Part shown: in pieces, positions 10,932 through 27,177 of the stretch
Position numbering within the stretch: position 1 is the first letter of the stretch
Layout: every line of letters begins with the position of its first letter
NCBI RefSeq assembly: GCF_009914755.1
Contig: NC_060928.1
DNA: 64,000 nt
Strand: one strand, 5' to 3'
Source: the human T2T-CHM13v2.0 reference genome, Homo sapiens
Notes under the pieces: generated by a model
Told to the model about the DNA's origin: nothing
Database searches by the model: none
What the model saw: the letters and a program-made list of their open reading frames with translations, nothing else
Translations under genes and position numbers: made by a program

Positions 10932-13379
10932 CATTTCTTGCATGAAGCACAAGGATTTGTTTACTTTATTTATTTTTATTGGAAGAAAATATATTTTCTA
11001 GAAAAGAATATATGTGTTTTTTCATTGTTCATCCCGGAATTAGATAATCATAATTCTCTAAACTTGTGGTGAATATGGCAGGAAATGAGTGACATGCAGT
11101 AAAGTCATTGTTGGGGACACATTAATAAGTTACTTTCTAGCCTTCATTAGCTAGAAAATTATTTGCGATGTTTGGCCATATTTTATTTTTTATTTAAAAA
11201 TGGAAATATTAAAGTATATATAATATGGCTTTTAAATGCTGTTAGAAAATATACACACACATATGCACACGTGCATACACACACACACATATTTAAGCAT
11301 AAATGTACCCCTCAGCATGAAAACACCGATAATACTTCTCTTGGGAAGTCCTTGGTTACATAATCTAAAGTCTCTCCGATTATGAGAAAAATTGTTGAAT
11401 GTATTATGAAGATTACATTTCCTTTGTTTCTTCTGAAACTCCATCTGCAGAGCTTAGCGAAGGGAAAAACATGTAGGCAGGCAGAATACAATGGTGAAGT
11501 AACTAAGTACAGCCAAAACTTCTCTATTTTTGCTATGTCAGTTCATTAACAGTTTGCCAAAACTTTTAAGACCATGTGAAACTGAAATTACACCCATTGT
11601 GCTTCAAGCCCTAGGTCCGACTGAAGCAAGAAAGGGCTGTGTGATGAAGTCTCAGGCGTACATTAATACATTTACTAATAATGGAAAGACATGAAAATTG
11701 GAACAGCTATGTAAACTCTCAATGAAAAAATACTATTAAGTGTTTGTGTATCAGGAATCAAAGGTTAGGAAAATAGTGTACCCAGCTTAGCAAAAAATCA
11801 AAACTCATTATCTATAGAATCTAATGAGATAACTGCATCATTATAGTGCACCTAGAGATTGTGCATTATTTCATTCCATTCTTTTTATTTCTGAGTCATT
11901 CCTGGGAGAAATGTGAGGTGAGAAAGAAGCTCACCTCTCTCAAACTAGTCGTGTAATCTATTGTATGGTGGATATTATAGTATATAGTATAGGTGCTATT
12001 TGTTAAGTGTAACATTAAAATTTCTACAAATGTGTTTTCTTGTTGTGTCTCTTACAGTGAGTAGGTTATATCCACCTGAAAATAGGTCACCTGAATTGGC
12101 AATATCTACCAATCTTTTAAATCATTCTTGCATTCCTTAGTATTTATGTTATACTTTGTGAATTTAGGAAGTCATGTTCCACAGAGTAGTCAGAGAAGGA
12201 GTTAATGTGTGGATGTTACTTCATTATGACTCCCAATCTAGATCTAGAATGCCCATGTTTATTAAAAGTCTTAAGCAAACTAACTACTTTGTCCACTGGT
12301 AACTACAGATACTCTGTGGGACCTCAAGGCTTTAGCTTTCTCCTGGGACAATTAAAAATCAATGTAATGAAGATCTACTGACACTGAGAAGAGAACAACA
12401 TCCCACAGGAGCTTTGATTTTTTTTTTCATACCATAAAACTGATTGGATATGTTTAAAATAATTCTACAAAGAACAAAATATATATGTATCTGTATGTAT
12501 GTACATTTATGTGTGTGTAATATGTGTATGTACACACATTTACAATAGAATCTCTGTAGTTTGCAAACTATCATATCTTTATCATTGTTTACTTTCAAAT
12601 GTCAATACTTGTTCTAAATAATTATATAGATCATTGATATGACTAGAATCTTAGTTTAATAGAAAAGTCTTTGTGGGCTCATTGACTTTAGATTTAATCA
12701 CTTTGGGAGAAAGTTAATGGGTTTTTTTGTAAGTTTGGGAAATACTAGTGTCATTTGCAGTATGAGATGTATTGTGTGCATTTGAATGTTACTTCTAAGT
12801 TAAATTTGGATATAAGATTGAATCTTGGGTCTAAAATCAGTAAAGCTGAAGGGACATACTGAGTCATTTTAATAACTGTGTTGATTTATTTTGTAACTGA
12901 CAGCACTTAAGGTTTTAATTAGGTTTTGTTATTATTGGAACTGAATGCATATGTTGTACAAAATAGCCTGTTTAAAAGAGTTTTATTCTGATGTAATTAT
13001 TGCTTTAAGGAAACTTTTCTGAATGTTCTACATTAAGCCTTATAAGTGTCTCGATCCTGCTAACCTTTCTTTTTTGGTTAAAACACCTTGGTACTATAAT
13101 AGAAAATGTCAGAATTTATTTTTATTCTTTAGTCTAAATTTTTAATTTACATAGGCACATTATTCTAAAGTGAATTGATGCTCTCAAACATATTAATTCA
13201 AACTAAATGACAACTCTAATGACTAATTTATAAAATAAGTGTTTTTTGTGGGATACATATTTGTTTATTTATGCTTAAACAATTGCCCTTTGCATTCAAA
13301 TATCGTATTCAAAAGCTATACAACAATTCATTTTGTTTGTTATTTATATTTAGTACTGATGATTACCACTTATATATGT

Positions 13380-13465
13380 TTTTTTTCAACTTTTTTTTAT
13401 TATACTTTAAGTTTTAGGGTACATGTGCACAACGTGCAGGTTAGTTAGGTATGTATTCATGTGCT
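13380..13465 (-). mobile_element. Very short L1PA 3'-end fragment
   Basis: ttattatactttaagttttagggtacatgtgcacaacgtgcaggttagtta is the reverse complement of the L1PA 3' terminus. Confidence 0.85.
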
Positions 13466-14550
13466 AGGAGGACAGGCTTGATATCAGGAAGACCAGTTAA
13501 TATGGTATTGTGTTAGTGGAGGTGAGTAATATAAACTTGAACTTAAGCATTGTCAGTAAGACTGCCAAAGAAAGTATGGATTCATAAGCTGTTATGTCAG
13601 AATATATATGAACCAGGCATTTGTATTTCTTTTTAAACTTCCCAGGTAATTCCAACATACTGCTCAGTCAGAGAATCACCAATCACTGTTAGATTTAGAG
13701 TCCTGGGGACAGTCAAATTTAGTTTGACTTCTAGGTTTCTTGCTTGTTTGTGTAAATGGTGAGGCCATCCACTGTGAAAAAAAAATGCTAAAAGAGAAAC
13801 AATTTTACACAAGGGGAGATTTTTCTGTTGTTGCCAGTCAATTTTGTTCACATGAAGTTCAAATATGTATGAAACATCTAAAAATTCAGTGGAAAGGTCT
13901 GATGCAGTGATAGATATTATGTAGTCTTGTAGCAAAGTGATAGTGGAACTCATGGATTAATACAAAGAGTGTGCAGGTTATCCAGGAAAACAACACCACT
14001 TAGAGGCCAGCAGAGGAAGAAGAGCTTGGGAGCTAACTAGTAAGGAATGGTGGTCAGAGAAGAGGCAAGGAGGTGGAAGGGAAAGGCAAGTAAGGTGTCA
14101 AAGAAACATTGAAATAGAGACTTACTCATGGGAAATATTAGTCAGAGATAGAAAATTAATAAATATCCATAATTTTTTTCAGTTTAGGGAGTTAGCTACT
14201 TTCTTTTTGAGGAGTCTGTTGTTTAGAAGCACCAAACTGGGATTGCTCAAAGTAATCTCTATCTTACAGCTATACTACAAGGTATTTTATTTTTATTTGT
14301 TTATTATTGAGTATCTTATATACGTAAAGAGAGTGATTTGTGTATACGTGTGTGTGTGTGTGTACTCACATGCATGCGCTTGCACATATGGGATGTTGGA
14401 GTGAATGTATATTAAACTGTCAAATATTCTTTGTACATGATAAACTAGCATTGAAAGGGAGGAGTCTCTACACACATGCCTCTATACACAGAAGAAATTC
14501 TAGAGGGAGGAAAGAAAAGATCAATGTGACAGTTTGGTAAAGCTGGGCAC

Positions 14551-14920
14551 TATATTAGTCTGTTTTCATGCTACTGATAAAGACATACCGGAGACTGCGC
14601 AATTCACAAAAGAAAGAGGTTTCATGGAGAACTCACAGTTCCACATGGCTGGGGAAGCCTCACAATCATGGTGGAAGGCAAGGAGGAGCAAGTCACATCT
14701 TACATGGATGGCAGCAGGCAAAGAGAGAGCTTGGGCAGGCAGACTCCCCATTTTTAAAACCATCAGATCTCATGAGTCCCATTCACTATCATGAGAACAG
14801 CACAGGAAAGACCAGCCCCCATGATTCGATCATCTCACACTGGGTCCCTCCCACAACACGTGGGAATTATGAGAGCTACAAGATGAGATTTGAGTGGGGA
14901 CACAGAGCCAAATCATATCA
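14551..14920 (-). mobile_element. THE1 (THE1A/B-like) MaLR solo LTR
   Basis: Reverse complement starts TGATATGATTTGGCTCTGTGTCCCCAC. 5-bp TSD GGCAC at 14546-14550 and 14921-14925. Confidence 0.92.
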
Positions 14921-15429
14921 GGCACTATGTCCCCACCAACGTTCTTTCCACCACGTCTTCCACTGGGGAATACTGGAAAGACAAATATGTAACTAGTAGG
15001 CTCCCATGGATGTTAGAAATGTTCAGATTTAAACTCGTGACCATTACACATTGGAACTCCCTCCTTTCTTTGGAATTCCCTCCTTTGGAATTTTCCACTC
15101 CAAATACATGTTCTGTATCAGTGTTTCTCAATATTGGCTGCATGTGAGAATAAAATATCAATGCCAAAGCTTTAACCCAGATCAATTATACCAGAATGTA
15201 TAAAACCTAGTCAGCAATTATTAGAAAAAGTTTTCAGGTAATTCCAGTGTGCAGCCAAGGTTGTGAATCCTTGTTTTCTATATCACATTGGTTTATCTGA
15301 GAGTGTTTCCATAAATTCACATTAACTGAAAGCATGTTTCTGCTTTTGCAATAACATTTCATTACCTGGTACTCTGACAGTTCCATCAACAGTTTTATAG
15401 ACAAGCTCACCAAAAGTAGACTTGGGGGT

Positions 15430-15805
15430 TGTTTTAGTCAATTCAAACTGTCATAATAAAATACTGTAGACTGGTAGCTTGAAACAACAGAAACTTCTCA
15501 TTTCACAGTTCCAGAAATTGGAAATCTAAGATCAGGGTGTTAATATGGTTGTGCTCTGGTGAAGGCTGTCTTTTTGGCTTGCAGATAACTGTCTCTGACT
15601 GGATTCTTGGACAAGGGGAGAGAGAAAGAGCAAGCTTTTTAGTGTCTCATTTTATAAAAGCCCTAATCCCATCAGGCCAGGGCCGCACCCTCATGAATTC
15701 ATCTAACCCTAATTACCTCCCAGAGCCCTATCTCCAAGTACCATTACATTAGGAGTTAGGGCTTTGATGTACGAAGAGGATAGGAGGGATATTCAGACCA
15801 TAGCA
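15430..15805 (-). mobile_element. MLT1A-like LTR
   Basis: tgttttagtc...taccattacattaggagttagggc...attcagaccatagca resembles the MLT1A reverse complement. Confidence 0.75.
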
Positions 15806-17272
15806 GGATCATGCAGTTCTCTGCCATCAGTAGCTTTAAACCAGGATAATTCTACTGGGACAAGCACTAGTTCAATGTAGTCCAGCACTTAGCCTGGAGG
15901 TGAAACAGTCCTTTGGTTTTGTATATAATTCAGTGGTGACATTTATGTAACTGTGCAATAAGCCATGACAGTTTAACCAGATTCTAGTTTCACTGCTGAA
16001 AAGTGCATCTGTTTTGACAGATACATAAAAAAATAAGTTTGAACAGAACCAGACTTTTTAAAGAGATGCTGAATTTAGTCTGGAGCTGCTTAGTGTCTTT
16101 GGAATTGCTTTTCTGTGTCTTGCTGAACTCAGCAGGCAAAGCAGAGGACTGCTTAAGCAAGACCATTTCGTGGTAGCATTGGTGTTGGAAGTACTGCCAA
16201 ATGCTTTCAGTCTCATGTACGTTCTCCCTGGAGGCTGATGGATATGACATTATTATTATTTTTTTAATTCTAAGTGAGTTTTAGGTCATCTCATTGTGCT
16301 TGTTGCAGATAAGTTCACAATATCTTTAATAACTTCCTGTGTGGGTGCATTGAAAATTCATTCTATTCAGTTAAACCAAGGGATTATACCGTATTCTCTA
16401 CATAGTATTCAGAGTGAAAAATTCCCATTTCTAATTTTGAGGCTTAAATGTTCCAAGGTTTTGTCTGTGTAATATTATACTTGTAATTATGGTGGCATTT
16501 GGATTTATCAGTGTGTGTAAGTATGTTTATGAGGAAAGGAGGAATGGGGATAGAGAATGAGCAAGGAGGGATTCTTGTCACACTCCTTTATCCTTGTTCA
16601 GATTAATAAGAGGCCTATGTTGCACCTAGATGATAAGTAGGACAGATAATTTCCAGGAAATATAAAGAACATTCTTCAGTTCACATACCTAGCAGAAACT
16701 CAGCAGTTAGAATATACAGAAAGTGTTACGAAGTAGAAGAAAATGAGGCATGGTGTGGAAAAGTGTTGGTGATCAGTTAGAAATATAAACTCAAACGAAG
16801 AATAAATGTTGTTCATTTATTTTTCACCTAGCATTTAGCATGAGGCTGTGCACATCATAGGTGTTCAGGAACTACTTGTTGAGTGAATGATTGATCCCAG
16901 AATGATCAAAGTAGACCTATCAGAATATAAAATTAAGTCAATCATAGGAAGCCTCATGTAATTCTCCCTTTAAGTTTGTAAAAAAGCAATAACCAGGAGG
17001 AAACACGATTCAGACGTAAAGTCCAAGTACAATATAAGAACCAAACTTATATGTTGCTCAGTTAAGGGACATATGCTACAAAGCTCCTCCTGGTCTGATA
17101 GCTCTTTCACTCAGATCTTTGGGCCTATCTTGTGCTGCCTTTTTCCTACCACTGGATATAATGTGCTTGATTATGTATCTTACCTTCTGAAAAGACTCTA
17201 CTACCAGCTGAGTGAAAGGGACTTGAGTCTGTATAATGACTTTACGTTAGCAAATAGTTTTGAACTTCTACC

Positions 17273-17633
17273 TGTTAAAAGACAGAATTACAACAAATCT
17301 AGTTTAGTAGATCTTCATTGGCTTTTTTTGTGATTCTAGAATCTAACAGCAGTTTGGGCCAAAATGGTTCAGAATGTTCCACCCTACCACATGTGCAGGT
17401 TATATTTACAGGCAGAGAAAAAGAAGTTACCTACAGAAAACAGAAGCGAGGTACAGAGACAGCCCCATTACATGGCATGCATCTCATACATGGTTTGAAC
17501 AGCTGCCTGTGATTGGCTGAAACTCAGCTATTTGTTCCTAGTTAGGTTTTCACTTTGTTTTTGGTACTGAGTTAGGTTGCAGTTAGGAGCTTGTAGGGAG
17601 GACTCCTTGGGCCAGTTTCAATTTTATTTAACA
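17273..17633 (-). mobile_element. ERV1 solo LTR, MER57-like
   Basis: TGTTAA...TTAACA termini and 4-bp TSD TACC (17269-17272, 17634-17637). Internal gtgattggctgaaactcagctatttgtt motif. Subfamily uncertain. Confidence 0.75.
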
Positions 17634-18656
17634 TACCAAAGAGCATGACTCTACAGCATCTCGTATCTCAGTGATTAGCCAAAAAGAATTTTTGTCTGTG
17701 CAGTTTCCTGTTAAAGTACCCTAAATGGGGTTAATAGCATAACCTACTCATTGGCCTTCAGTGAGGCCTTGATGTTTGCAGATGTGTTGTTGTTATTAGG
17801 TGAAGGATTTTTATTCTCCATTGTACATAGACTTTTGCCACAGTGCAGTCACTTCACTTCACTTTGGTGAAGACTGAAATGTATTTCTCTGAGACAAAGA
17901 TGGCACTTTCTTTTAGGCACATTGGGCAATTAACACATATTATTGATATCTAATTAATTGGTTAAACATATTGAAGTAAATATTAATTTGGCAAAGTAGT
18001 GGATTTTCAATAGGAGATAGAAGGCTAGAGAGTATGATTGACAGGGTTGCTATTTTATAGACTGAACATACAAAGATATTTTTCAGAGAAACGCCAGACT
18101 TCCCCATTGCAATAGGTAGCCTGCTGACAATTAGGACATGTGACTGAGAACCTCTTGAGGTGAATCAGAACTGGAAAAATATATTAGATTCTATCCAGAA
18201 ATGATTATTTTCTTCGGTGAGAAAGGACAAAGCAAAAATGAAAACTCTAGAAAAATGCAGAACTCTCTATCTCTACTGAGTAGCCTAAGTTTAATAAAGC
18301 CCCAAAAAGAGAGTCATAAATTTTTAAATCTTAGCCTTTAAGCAAAAAGTTAATAACCTTTGTTAATCAAAAAATATATATATAATTGTTCATTTTTTCT
18401 TCATCATTTCTATATAATTAGCTGTGTGCATATATACTATAATGCTAGAAAGCTCTTATAATGTATCACTTCTGGGAAGGAATAAAATAATCATCCCACT
18501 CCACCTTTCTTACCTTGATTCATGGCTCAAATATTTCTATTCTTGGAACATTACTGCAGCTTTGGTGCTAAGAAAATTGCTGGTAGAGGAAGAATGATTC
18601 TGCGGCCCTTCATCCTTCACAATTTTTACACCATCCCATTGTCTAACTTTGCAATC

Positions 18657-18671
18657 TCGCCATCTAGTGTT
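18657..18671 (-). promoter_or_regulatory. Candidate CTCF motif
   Basis: Reverse complement ACACTAGATGGCGA resembles the CTCF core CCACYAGRKGGC. Motif match only. Confidence 0.35.
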
Positions 18672-20953
18672 CAAAGTTTCTCAATACCATAGTTTATAAA
18701 ATGCTTCACTTCATTAAAAGCAAAACAGTAAAGTGCTAAGCAAGTTACCTTAAAAACAGTGTGTTTGGGAATAGTCAATGTAATAAATAGATCATCAATG
18801 AAACTTTACAGCAGATTTCTTGTTAAATGTGTTTCTTGTTTATCATTATTGTCTCATTTATTTATTGTATTTATTCATAAATATTTGATAGCTTCTGTTT
18901 ATATAGTCATGCAAATTATACATAACATACTCTGTATATTGAAATATATACTTATTTATTTTATATTTTATTTTTATATTCTTTTCTTTCTGTACTACCT
19001 ATGGCTAATTGTCATTGACTCTGAAGGCAAACAAATCTGAGTCATGATGGTAGATTGGGTTAGAGTGGAATCAAAAGGAAATACTTTACTGGAATATTTG
19101 ACTGCTATGCATATCCTTCCCCAAGCTGTGGTTTTTTTACTACTAATGACTGTCCCTTCATGGGGCAGATATAGCAAGAAAAACACAGAAGGCTTTGATG
19201 CACATGAAATACGGTGGTTTGTCAGAAAACAAACAAAAATACTAGTGTCTTCCTTGTCTTACCATTGAGACTATTTTAGGTCTGTCTTTTCAAACAATTT
19301 TTTGGAATTTAGTTTTAGGAATTAATGAGGATTGCAGTTTTGAAGATGACCTGGGAACACGATTTTTATTTTCTTTACAAGGTTTTAAGATGACCTCTTC
19401 TATAGTGTTTATCAGTTCAGAATTTTAGAAAGAAAAACATATATTTATTTAATTATCAAGAAAATAAAATTAGCTAGTTAAAACAAGCCCTTTCAGATAA
19501 CTTCCATCATTTTAACATCTATAAAACAGTTGACACTATGCCTGCTCTGAGAGACCCCAATGTCAAAATGGAAAACCTCAGTCCTTACCCTGAAGGAGGT
19601 GAAGTCCTATGGTCCATGAGGTTGCTGCCTACAGCTCAGACCTTACCCACTTCCACTCTGGGCTCTGACCTTCTTAGCCTTTGTCAATTCTGCAAGGACA
19701 GGAGGCTTCCTCCCACTTGAGGCTGTTTTTCTCCCTTGCTTTGATCAGAAATGCCTTCTGTCCTTACACACCCTTCGGATCTTGGCTCCAACATCATTTT
19801 CTCAGAGAAGACCTCCAAACCCTGTCTTGTTATTAGATAGTATGCAATAATTTTCCTTATTTCCACTCACCTTATTTTGTAATCACATACTTGTCTTATT
19901 ATCAGCTTAGTATCTGCAGCCTTGACTAGGGTACAAGTAGTGAGCAGGCTAGAATAATGCCTCTTTTATTTAAACCCCTGAGGTCCTAGCCCAGGGGTTT
20001 CTATAATACCCATTAGGAGTAGATGTGCAGTAAATATTTGATGGAATCAGCCCATGGGCCCAAAATTGAGAGCTGAGAAGCCCATTGTCTCAGCTCATAT
20101 AATTTCATACAGTTGGCTCTGCTTCCATGCCACCGCTGGGATAAGAGAATATTCACTGAGGCAGGAAACCCCAGTGCCTGCCTCCCAACTTCTCAGAGCA
20201 CACCTCTCTGGGGACATGTCATTTCCTGCAGCACAGCTTGGGAGTGAGGTAAAGAATTCCCTGAGTTGTTCACTACTACTCTTCCCGGTTCCAGGAATCA
20301 ACTCTCCTTTCAGACTTTTGCTTATTCTCCCCTGAAATACAAAAACAAAACAACTTCCCACACACAAATTAAAACTCTATTCTTGCTGTCTTTACTATCA
20401 TCCATCTTCATGGATTAACAGGAAATATAAGATACAGAAGACAAAATATAAATTAATATTTTAGTAAGTTATCTTGCCACTCACACTCAGAAGAGGATAC
20501 AAATAAATTATTCAAGTTATGTAAAGGACGTTAAGTTTTCATTGTTTATTTTTATAGCATTTCTCTTCTTTTCTAGAACATTCTAAGGATTCCCAGCCAT
20601 CTTAGAATATTAGACAAGCAATTATGCTTAGAATCAATTATTTTCAAAATGAGCTCTGTTAAAAATTTATAGCATGTCACGCTAAGCTTCGAGTATCTAT
20701 AGGCAAACACCAACACCTTCTCAAAAATGAGTCCAACATTTTGAGAGATGAGCGAGAATTTAGTAATTCATTTTGATATTGAATACACACATATACCCAT
20801 CTATAGATTTGGTATTTTTTTGTAAATTTTATTACAGTATATTTTATTTAAGATCTAATATATTCTCATTGTTTTCTTAAGTTAACACCTTTGCTTACCA
20901 TCAAATACACATAAAGAAAAATGCTTGAATGTTCAAATCACACTGAGGGTTCT

Positions 20954-21304
20954 TTAATTTTTTTTATTTTTATGGGTACATAGTCGGTGTATATATTTAT
21001 GGGTTACGTGAGATATTGTGGTACAGGCCTACAGTCTGTAATAATCACATCAGGGTAAGTGGGCTATGCATCATCTCAAGCAGTCATTTCTTTGTGTTAT
21101 AAGCATTCCAATTATACTGTTTTAGTTATTTTTAAATGTGCAATAAATTATTGTTGACTGTAGTCACCCTGTTGTGCTATCAAATACTAGATCTTATACA
21201 TTCTACCTTACTATATTTTGTATTCGTTAACTATCCCCACTCCCACCCCACCCACGGACACATACACTTATCCCTCCCAACCTCTGGTAGCCATCATTCC
21301 ACTC
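20954..21304 (-). mobile_element. 5'-truncated L1MA-type element
   Basis: L1MA 3' motifs (ttattgttgactgtagtcaccctgttgtgctatcaaatactagatcttat). TSD TCACACTGAGG(G/A)TTCT at 20938-20953 and 21305-21320. Confidence 0.85.
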
Positions 21305-21520
21305 TCACACTGAGGATTCTATAGATCCTTCTAGGCCTTCTTCTCCCCACCTGTGGTGGCATCTAATAGGCATCACATAAATGAGTGCTCTCTGAAAACT
21401 GGGTTGATTCATTCAATTGCCAACTTGGATAGAATTCTGACTCCTGGGCTCTTGAAAAACAATAAATAGAATGGTATGAAGTTTACTCCAAAGAATATCT
21501 TCACACTTCTGTCTCCACAG

Positions 21521-21653
21521 CAACACAGATGTACACACGGTGGCATCACTTCTTAAGCTGTACCTCCGAGAACTTCCAGAACCAGTTATTCCTTATGCGA
21601 AGTATGAAGATTTTTTGTCATGTGCCAAACTGCTCAGCAAGGAAGAGGAAGCA
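21521..21653 (+). CDS. ARHGAP24: ARHGAP24 internal coding exon, RhoGAP domain: (S)[44 protein letters not shown]
   Basis: Acceptor ctgtctccacag|C at 21520/21521 and donor GCA|gtaagt at 21653; 133 nt. Contains the RhoGAP signature [14 protein letters not shown]. Phase-0 end joins the next exon. Confidence 0.96.
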
Positions 21654-22039
21654 GTAAGTTGATGCATTTATTTCCAAATAAGCTTTTGTTTGGAATTTTT
21701 TTCTGTGTTCTTAGTCTTAAATCTGTAAATTTCCATTGCCCTATCCCGGTGTTACTCTCCACTATCCTTTGAATTGACCTCACACACACTGAGACTTTCC
21801 GTATACAGCTCAAGCACCATTTCCGATCCCCTCTCTGATCAAAAAAAAAGAATATGGCTGAATAAATTAAATCAGCACGACTTGCCGCTTTCTTTCCCTA
21901 AATGATAAATGCAGTGCTATGTCAGGCCACACATCACACAAAAGAAGTGACTGCTGTGTCTCATAATCTTTTAATCGTGTGGACCCAAACCACTTCAAAT
22001 AGTGGCTTCTATACAAAATCCTACCTACTGCTATTTCTT

Positions 22040-23641
<1,602 letters not shown>

Positions 23642-23656
23642 TAACTGCTGCCTATT

Positions 23657-23795
23657 TTTATAAATGCAGTTTTATTCCATTTGTTAAATAACATTGTCTG
23701 TGGCTGCTTTTGCACTACAACAGAAGAGGTGAGTGGTTGCAAGCAGAGACCATTTGTCCCATAACGCCTCAAATATTTACTATCTGGACCTTTAT
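23657..23795 (+). mobile_element. MER58-like hAT-Charlie fragment
   Basis: ttgtctgtggctgcttttgcactacaacag...aaatatttactatctggacctttat. Confidence 0.65.
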
Positions 23796-24373
23796 GGGCA
23801 GAAGAAGAAAGCAAATTACATTATCCATTGGCATTTCTGCTATCATTTACATTTTAGGGGAAGTCATATAATGAAAAGAACCAAATAAATTCGTCCCTTG
23901 TGAAATTTCCAGAAAGATCACTTTTTTCAATTATCCTCCCTCCCCAAATGATGTATCCTAAACATGACCAGCTCTGAGAGACTTTTGTCAGTAGATGTAT
24001 TTGTCTATGTTCTGCACATGCTGAAACTGGGAAGGATGCTCACTACATCACTTACTCTTCTTCAAATAATTTTATTAATAAATGAGCTTATCTTCTCTTT
24101 TCAGTCAATTGTGAGCATATGTTAAAAATGATAACAGCTTCACTTGAATCTGTTTCTCCACAAATAGTACTTATGGAGATATTTTAAATCCTTGTACATC
24201 TTTGAAAATATATCTAAAATATTCACTGTGATGGTGGTAAGTTTTCGGGACAAGATCTTTCACTGATAACATGTGAAACTAATTTTTTAAAAAATTATAT
24301 GGCCATTTCGACTTGCTTTAATTCTAAGGCCAACGTGTAGAAAAATAATATTTATTTTCTTCTTTGTACTCAG

Positions 24374-24447
24374 GGTGTTAAGGAATTAGCAAAGCAGGTG
24401 AAGAGTTTGCCAGTGGTAAATTACAACCTCCTCAAGTATATTTGCAG
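24374..24447 (+). CDS. ARHGAP24: ARHGAP24 coding exon, RhoGAP domain: GVKELAKQVKSLPVVNYNLLKYIC(R)
   Basis: Acceptor tctttgtactcag|GGT and donor TGCAG|gtaaga; 74 nt. Has the RhoGAP LPxxNYxLLxYI motif, and phases match both neighbouring exons. Confidence 0.95.
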
Positions 24448-25789
24448 GTAAGAACTGTCCTAAGGACAAACGTAAACAAGACAAGACATATTTAGCCTGA
24501 TACTAATTTGTGTTTGACAACGAATAAAATCACTCAACTACTTCGAGCCCTAGTGTTGGCCTCTGTAAAATTAAAAGATTGGACAAGGTGATCTCAGAGG
24601 CTTCTTTGAGCATTAAATTGCTTAACTTTGAAATGTGATGTTTTTGAAGTTTCTCTTGCCTCTACACACTAAAGATAGGTTGTTTTGAACTTCAATCAAG
24701 TTTTTTGTACTGTTTCAGAAGTGGTATTGTTTAGGAAAAGAAGCATGCCACCTTGGCATGAGAAACATCTGCATGGGAGCCAAGATTGTGCCATTGACTA
24801 GTTGCCTGTCTTATGCAGTTCTCTTATTCTTTCTGAGTCTCAGGGTCCTAATAGGTAAAATGGTAATGAAAACACATATTTCACATAGTTGTTTTAAAAA
24901 TTGAATTATATTTTAAATGATTAGTATATAGTAAGCATTCAATAAATGTTATTTTCTTTCCATTTCTCTCCCACCTCAGGTTTCATCAAAGACATTTGTA
25001 ACTGAATTCTGTTAGAAAAATAATTGTGCCAGAAAAATAATTGTGCCTGGAAAATATACCTCTCAATGTATAACTCAAGACCTGGGATGGGATATGCCAT
25101 ATATGTGCTCCTGTTTAAGAAACCAAATATGCAAAATTGAAACAGAATAAATTTAAATAGAGAGTGATGATTGGCACTACAAGTCACTGCAGGGTGTCTT
25201 ACATGATAGCTTCCCAGTCCATTTTAAAATAAAATTCAAAGTTTTAATTGAGTACAGTGCATCATTTATGTGTGTGTTTGGTGTTATGATTAGATAAGCG
25301 TTCAAGGGACTAGGAACTATGAAGTCTAAGACTAATATCAGACATTTTGGTGTTAATTGTCAGTGTAACTGAGTAGAAATTCCAAGTCCTCCCACAATAA
25401 GTTCCTCTAGTGATGATTATACTTAGAAGCAAACAGTACCTTGGGTTCCAGAATTTGAAAAAGCAGGAAATCATGCCATTGACACCTTAGACTTATTAAT
25501 ATGGAAGCTTATAATCCAAACATTTTGAACTAATTCAAGTTATTCTAGTGGGTGAGACAGAGATTACATTCTCCTTAAGTAAAAGGGATGAAAAAGCTTC
25601 TTTGGAACCATATTGTAAGTCTTTATCTCCACAATAGAAATGCCTAACTTCTCATGAAAGATTTAAGCAGATTTTTAATTTCCGGTAATTTAAATAAGAA
25701 ATGCTAGTTTGACTTTTTGCCTTCAGTGTTACTATAGTTTAGGCTGTATAACAGTAGTGAATGTGTGGAAATAGGCACCTTTTTTAAAA

Positions 25790-26020
25790 GTCATGATATA
25801 GTAGTTAAGTGTACGGCCTCTGGTGTCACATCCTCCGGTGGGTTCAAGTCTTAGCTTTGCCCCTTACTAACTCTGTCTTTGGAGAAGATCCCCCCTCTGG
25901 TACCACATGACTCTCATCTGTAAAACAGAGACAATAATGGTACCTACCTCAGAGAGATGCTTTGAGAATTTAATAAATTAGCACTGTGACAGACACATAC
26001 TAGTACTATATAAATATGTT
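25790..26020 (+). mobile_element. MIR
   Basis: gtagttaag...gggttcaagtcttagctttgccccttactaactctgt...catctgtaaaacagagacaataatggtacctacctc matches the MIR core. Confidence 0.75.
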
Positions 26021-26181
26021 ATTTTAATTTTTCATTATTTCCTCTTTATCTCATCAGTACAATTAGCAAGCCATGAAATTATAGAAGCTCTTGTATAAAT
26101 GAAGAGGAGGTAGGGAATGAAGGAATGCTGAAAGATTATGAAAACAATCTCTCCTATTATTTCATGCCTCTTACTTTTTAG

Positions 26182-26643
<462 letters not shown>

Positions 26644-27055
26644 TAATTCCTCCTGTCTAAAGAAGGCATCCTACCAGCTGATCTTATTACAGTCCCCTAA
26701 TTGAATAGAGATATAAAATTATTACTTGATTGAGGGATTGGAAGGGAATCCACATTGTTGACTCTCAAGTCCATATTAGTATTGTCCAAACACACCTGTT
26801 CCTTTGATTGACAGAGGAAATCAAAGCAGGCCAGGCCAAGACAGATAGTTGATATGATAAATAAAGTTTGATCCTTTCTAATTTGCAATACATTGTCCCT
26901 GTGTTTGAGTGAGAGATGGGTGAACATCCAAATAATTCTGTCTCCATAGTCATCTTTGAACATAACTTTAGTTTGTAAATTTTCTAATGATCGATTTTTC
27001 TTCCACTGGCAAATTTGATCCCATTGTATTTCAATCATATGCTTATACTCCATAG

Positions 27056-27177
27056 ATTCTTGGATGAAGTACAGTCCTACTCGGGAGTTAACAAAATGAG
27101 TGTGCAGAACTTGGCAACGGTCTTTGGTCCTAATATCCTGCGCCCCAAAGTGGAAGATCCTTTGACTATCATGGAGG
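27056..27177 (+). CDS. ARHGAP24: ARHGAP24 coding exon, RhoGAP domain end: (R)[40 protein letters not shown](G)
   Basis: Acceptor ctccatag|A and donor GAGG|gtaagt; 122 nt. Has the hallmark RhoGAP motif NKMxxxNLAxVFGPNIL. Confidence 0.96.

Noticed and set aside
14534-14996. Overlapping ORFs up to 142 aa
   Set aside because: They fall within the THE1 LTR; no protein similarity recognised.
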